Part shown: piece by piece, positions 46,322 through 49,536 of the stretch
Layout of the letters: each line of letters starts with the position of its first letter
Position numbering within the stretch: position 1 is the first letter of the stretch
Origin: Actinomycetota bacterium
GTDB lineage: Bacteria > Planctomycetota > Phycisphaerae > JAACET01
Assembly (NCBI GenBank): GCA_011682385.1
Contig: JAACET010000002.1
Coordinates: forward strand, 1 to 49,536
Direction: 5' to 3'
DNA: 49,536 nt
Position numbers and translations under genes: made by a program
The notes under the pieces: generated by a model
Database searches by the model: none
What the model saw: only the letters and a program-made list of their open reading frames with translations
Told to the model about the DNA's origin: nothing

Positions 46322-47485
46322 ATGAAAGCGTTAATGTTGGAAGCTGATTGGCAGCCCAGGTCGGGTTATGAGCCCACGAAATATGAGCTGAGCACGAGAA
46401 CAGCTCTAACCTCGAGTAGTGTTTGGAAAAACCCCAAACTTGATCTGATAGATTTGGACACGCCAAAGGTTGAGCACGCCAAGGACGTGGTTATCAAGGT
46501 TCTGTCCTCGGGCATCTGCGGCTCAGACGTTCACCTCTACGAAACCGATAGCGACGGCTACGTCATCTACCCCGGCCTGGTTCGCCTGCCCTGCGTCATC
46601 GGACACGAATTTGCCGGCGAGATTGTGGAGCTGGGTGAGGGAGTAAGGGATCTGAAGATAGGCGATCTGGTGGCGGTCGAGCAGATGATCTGGTGCGGAG
46701 AGTGCACCCCGTGCCGAAATGGTTTGCCAGACTATTGTTCCTATATCGAGGAATTGGGCATCACCTTACCGGGCGGCCACGCGGAATACGTCAAGACCGA
46801 GGGCCGGTATTGCTGGAAGCTCGATCCTATCCGTGGGATTACCGACGACACGCAGACGATCTGCGAGTTGGGCGCCTTGGCAGAGCCAGCGGCGGTAGCC
46901 TACAACGCCATGTTCGTTAAGGGCGGCGGCTTCAAGCCCGGAGCCTATGTGGCTGTTCACGGTGCTGGCCCGATAGGCTTAGCTGCTATTGCTTTAGCCC
47001 GCGCTGCTGGGGCTGGTAAGGTTATAGCCCTGGAGACGATAGCGCAGCGAATTGAGTTAGCGAGGAAGCTTGGCGCCGATGAAGTAATCAATCCCTTGGA
47101 GACGAGTAATGTTTCGCAGCAGCTGGCGAAACTGACAGCTGGAAATGGTTTGGACATGCACGTCGAGGCTGCCGGGGCAGTGGACAAAACCATGCCGACG
47201 ATAATCAAGTCGATGGCCGTGGACGCTCAGATAGTGCTGATCGGCCGGGCTGCTATCGAAATACCTATGTATCTGGAGCAGTTTCAGATCGGCAGGAACG
47301 CCCTGGTGGGTTGCCGAGGCCATGCCTGCGGTGGAACCTACCCCAATGTCATCAGGATGATGGCCTCGGGGAGAATGGATCTGTTGCCAATGGTTACGAA
47401 ACGTTATCCGTTGGAAAAAGCGATTGAAGCTATCCAACAGACCTCGAAACGTATGGACGGAAAAGTTTTGATCAGCATGAAGTAA
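46322..47485 (+). CDS. Zn-dependent medium-chain dehydrogenase (sorbitol/threonine-dehydrogenase-like)
   Basis: GGAGA RBS. Motifs are GICGSDVHLYE, GHEFAGEIVELG, structural-zinc CGECTPCRNGLPDYC and NAD fold VHGAGPIGLAA. Confidence 0.85.
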   Translation: MKALMLEADWQPRSGYEPTKYELSTRTALTSSSVWKNPKLDLIDLDTPKVEHAKDVVIKVLSSGICGSDVHLYETDSDGYVIYPGLVRLPCVIGHEFAGEIVELGEGVRDLKIGDLVAVEQMIWCGECTPCRNGLPDYCSYIEELGITLPGGHAEYVKTEGRYCWKLDPIRGITDDTQTICELGALAEPAAVAYNAMFVKGGGFKPGAYVAVHGAGPIGLAAIALARAAGAGKVIALETIAQRIELARKLGADEVINPLETSNVSQQLAKLTAGNGLDMHVEAAGAVDKTMPTIIKSMAVDAQIVLIGRAAIEIPMYLEQFQIGRNALVGCRGHACGGTYPNVIRMMASGRMDLLPMVTKRYPLEKAIEAIQQTSKRMDGKVLISMK

Positions 47486-47511
47486 TGGTCAGATTTGCAG
47501 GAGACTCATAG

Positions 47512-48679
47512 ATGTCAACCAAGAAGGTAAAAGCCGCGGTGATGACTGGTCCGGGAAAGATCGAGATACAGGAATTTCCTTATCCCGAGCCGGAGGATGG
47601 TGCCCTGATCATGAGGACGGAGATGTCCGGCATCTGCGGCTCGGACAAACATACCTATCAGGGATTTACCAAGCAATATGCCGGCACGGAGGCTGAAACC
47701 GACACACCGTTTCCGATTATCCCCGGCCACGAGAACGTGGGTATAGTGGACAGGATAAGCAAGAAGGCTCGCACGGAGCTGGAGTATTACGGGCGGGAAC
47801 TCAAAGAAGGCGACAGAATCGTCCTCTGCCCGGACGTGCTTTGCGGACAATGTTGGTATTGTCGGCACATCTACGGTTGGCCCTGGTGCGCCAACAACAA
47901 GGCCTACGGCAACGCCTTTACTTCCGAAATATCCGCATCTGTTCGGCGGCTGGTCGGAGTACATTTACGTCCTGCCCAAAGCCTTGGTGTTTAAGGTTCC
48001 ACAAGAGATGCCTGCCCATATAGCGGTACTGTCTGAGATAATGTCAGTCTCGTATTCGCTGGAGAAGGCCAGCGAGTTTTCATCCGTGGCCAAAGAGGGT
48101 TTTTTTACTGGCTGCACGGTGGTTGTTCAGGGTGCCGGCCCTATGGGGCTATGCACACTGATCAAGGCCAGGATCAAGGGAGCTGGCGAGATCATCGCCA
48201 TTGACGGCTCGGACTACAGGCTGGGCATGGCCAAGGAGTTTGCCGCCGATCACACCTTTAATATAAGCACCAGCTCGCAGCAAGAGCGGATTGAATTCGT
48301 CAAAGACCTGACCGACGGCCGGGGTGCGGATGTGATCGTTGAAGCCAGCGGCTCCGCCCAGGCTATTGTCGAGGCTCTGGAGATGCTGCGTAGAGGCGGT
48401 ATGTACATTGTGGCCGGCAATGCCCTGGACAAGGGCGAAGAAGTTAGCATCAACGCAGCCCGGCACTTCTGCACTAAGAACGTCCGGCTCTTGGGCATGA
48501 ACAATCACGCCCACGTGGGGCACTACGATTCCATGAAGCTGATGGAGAAATATGCGGACCGATTTGCCTTCGATAAGATCATTTCGCATTGTTATTCCAT
48601 AGACCACGCCGAAGAAGGCCTGAAGAAATCCATGGAACCGGATTCCATGAAAGTGGTGATTACGCCGACAGGAGCCTAG
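47512..48679 (+). pseudogene. Second Zn-dependent medium-chain dehydrogenase, interrupted by a frameshift
   Basis: ORF 47512..47994 carries GICGSDKHTYQG, PGHENVG and CGQCWYCRH. The continuation YPHLFGGWSEYIYVLPKALVFKVPQEMP...VQGAGPMGL lies in the frame of ORF 47984..48679. The switch is at about 47921-47932 (GAAATA, A3 run at 47927-47929). Confidence 0.75.
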
Positions 48680-48705
48680 TTTGGACACGAACTCTTTGAC
48701 CGCTA

Positions 48706-49536
48706 TGAAATCCATTGTTTTTTCCGAGCTGCCGGTGCACGAGACGATCTGGTCGATAACTACCGGAGTTGACGGGAAGATATACGCCGGCATCTGCGGC
48801 GAGCTGACCGGGGGGCTGAGTGTCTTTCTCGTCCGTTACGATCCCGATACCGCCCGATATGAATATCTGCTGGAAGGGGGACCAGCCTTGAACGAGCCGA
48901 CAGACAACGGCAGAGCCCCACAGAGCAAGATTCATTATTCGCTTATCCCGGCCAGCACGGGTGAATTGTATTGTGCCACGCACTGTTCGGGCCCGCCACT
49001 GGAACAGAGAATCTGGAGGCCGTGGCATACATGGGATGATCCTGGCAGGATGTTTTCCGGCTTTCACATTTTCCGCTACGATCCCGCCACAGGCGATATG
49101 AATGATTTTGGGGTGATGCAGCCAAACGAGGGCTGCCGGGCGATGTGCTTGGCCCAAAAGCGGCAGAAGCTCTATGGCGTCACGTGGCCAAGGGACCATT
49201 TCTTCGTATTCGACATCCAGGAAAGGCGCTATGAGGACCTCGGCAGGATAGGCGATATCAATCCGCAAAGCATTTGGATAGATGCCGATGAGAACGGCTA
49301 CACTATGGACGATCTCGGTCACATCGTCAAATACTATGCCGACGAGAACAGATTGGTGCATCTGGACGTGAGCGTCCCCAGCGAACCGGGTTTGCCCTGC
49401 TCAGTTTATGACACGGTCCCCTCTCCTGACGGCCGGGGTATATACGGCGTAACCTGGAACATGGAGAAAACCCACTCGCCCGACAGGCTGTTTCGCTACG
49501 ATCCGGCCGAAGGAACGGAGGGTAAGATATACGACC
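48706..49536 (+). CDS. Hypothetical repeat (beta-propeller-like) protein, 3'-truncated by the window edge
   Basis: From ATG 48706, 277 codons are open to the last base of the window, so the ORF is absent from the stop-delimited ORF track. It has a recurring (F/V)RYDP motif (LVRYDPDT, IFRYDPATG, LFRYDPAEG) and a YG(V)TW motif. It starts 27 nt after the upstream stop. Confidence 0.6.

Noticed and set aside
48660-49361. 233-aa minus-strand ORF
   Set aside because: It is antisense to the open-ended plus-strand ORF 48706..49536, which has periodic motifs and operon-like spacing. It also overlaps the end of the upstream dehydrogenase.
1-49536. Search for tRNA, rRNA, transposase, integrase and toxin-antitoxin or defence genes
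   Set aside because: None was recognisable by eye. The intergenic regions are short except 5403-6050 and 44039-44919, and neither shows a cloverleaf-compatible sequence or IS-type terminal inverted repeats.

Overview
This 49.5-kb window looks like it comes from a PVC-superphylum-type bacterium. The clues are two PEP-CTERM sorting tails, a prepilin-type/H-X9-DG protein and many URO-D-like genes. All family calls come from motif recognition by eye; no searches were run. The window has three parts. (1) nt 1-5402 holds the end of a possibly phage- or virion-like structural module: a 5'-truncated ORF and a 1438-aa protein with no signal peptide, four LamG-like modules and FN3-like and PPC-like segments. 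By eye it is somewhat more GC-rich than the rest. (2) nt 5403-7281 is a regulatory zone. It contains an imperfect two-box direct repeat, a LacI-family regulator with a perfect 16-bp palindrome inside its putative promoter, and a perfect 75-bp tandem duplication of a translation-initiation region. (3) nt 7282-49536 is a large glycan-utilisation island. It encodes two PEP-CTERM surface proteins, a pseudopilin-like protein and a CBM9-like protein. These are followed by four tandem secreted paralogues of a GH123/DUF4091-like enzyme. A long cytoplasmic block comes next: four URO-D-like proteins plus a remnant, two beta-propeller GH-like proteins, a DHDPS-type aldolase, an FAD oxidoreductase with a discoidin tail, a fucose-isomerase-like protein, a split transketolase, DeoC and a BNR/Asp-box protein. 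On the minus strand lie a sugar-phosphate isomerase/epimerase, an amidohydrolase, a Gfo/Idh/MocA dehydrogenase, an M29-like protein and a frameshifted class V aminotransferase. A ROK regulator and two Zn-dependent dehydrogenases (one frameshifted) follow, and an open-ended ORF runs off the 3' edge. I recognised no rRNA, tRNA, CRISPR array, transposase, integrase, transporter or sugar kinase. The best candidates for undescribed biology are the URO-D-like expansion, the C-C-cleavage-rich cytoplasmic block and the mosaic four-gene paralogue array.
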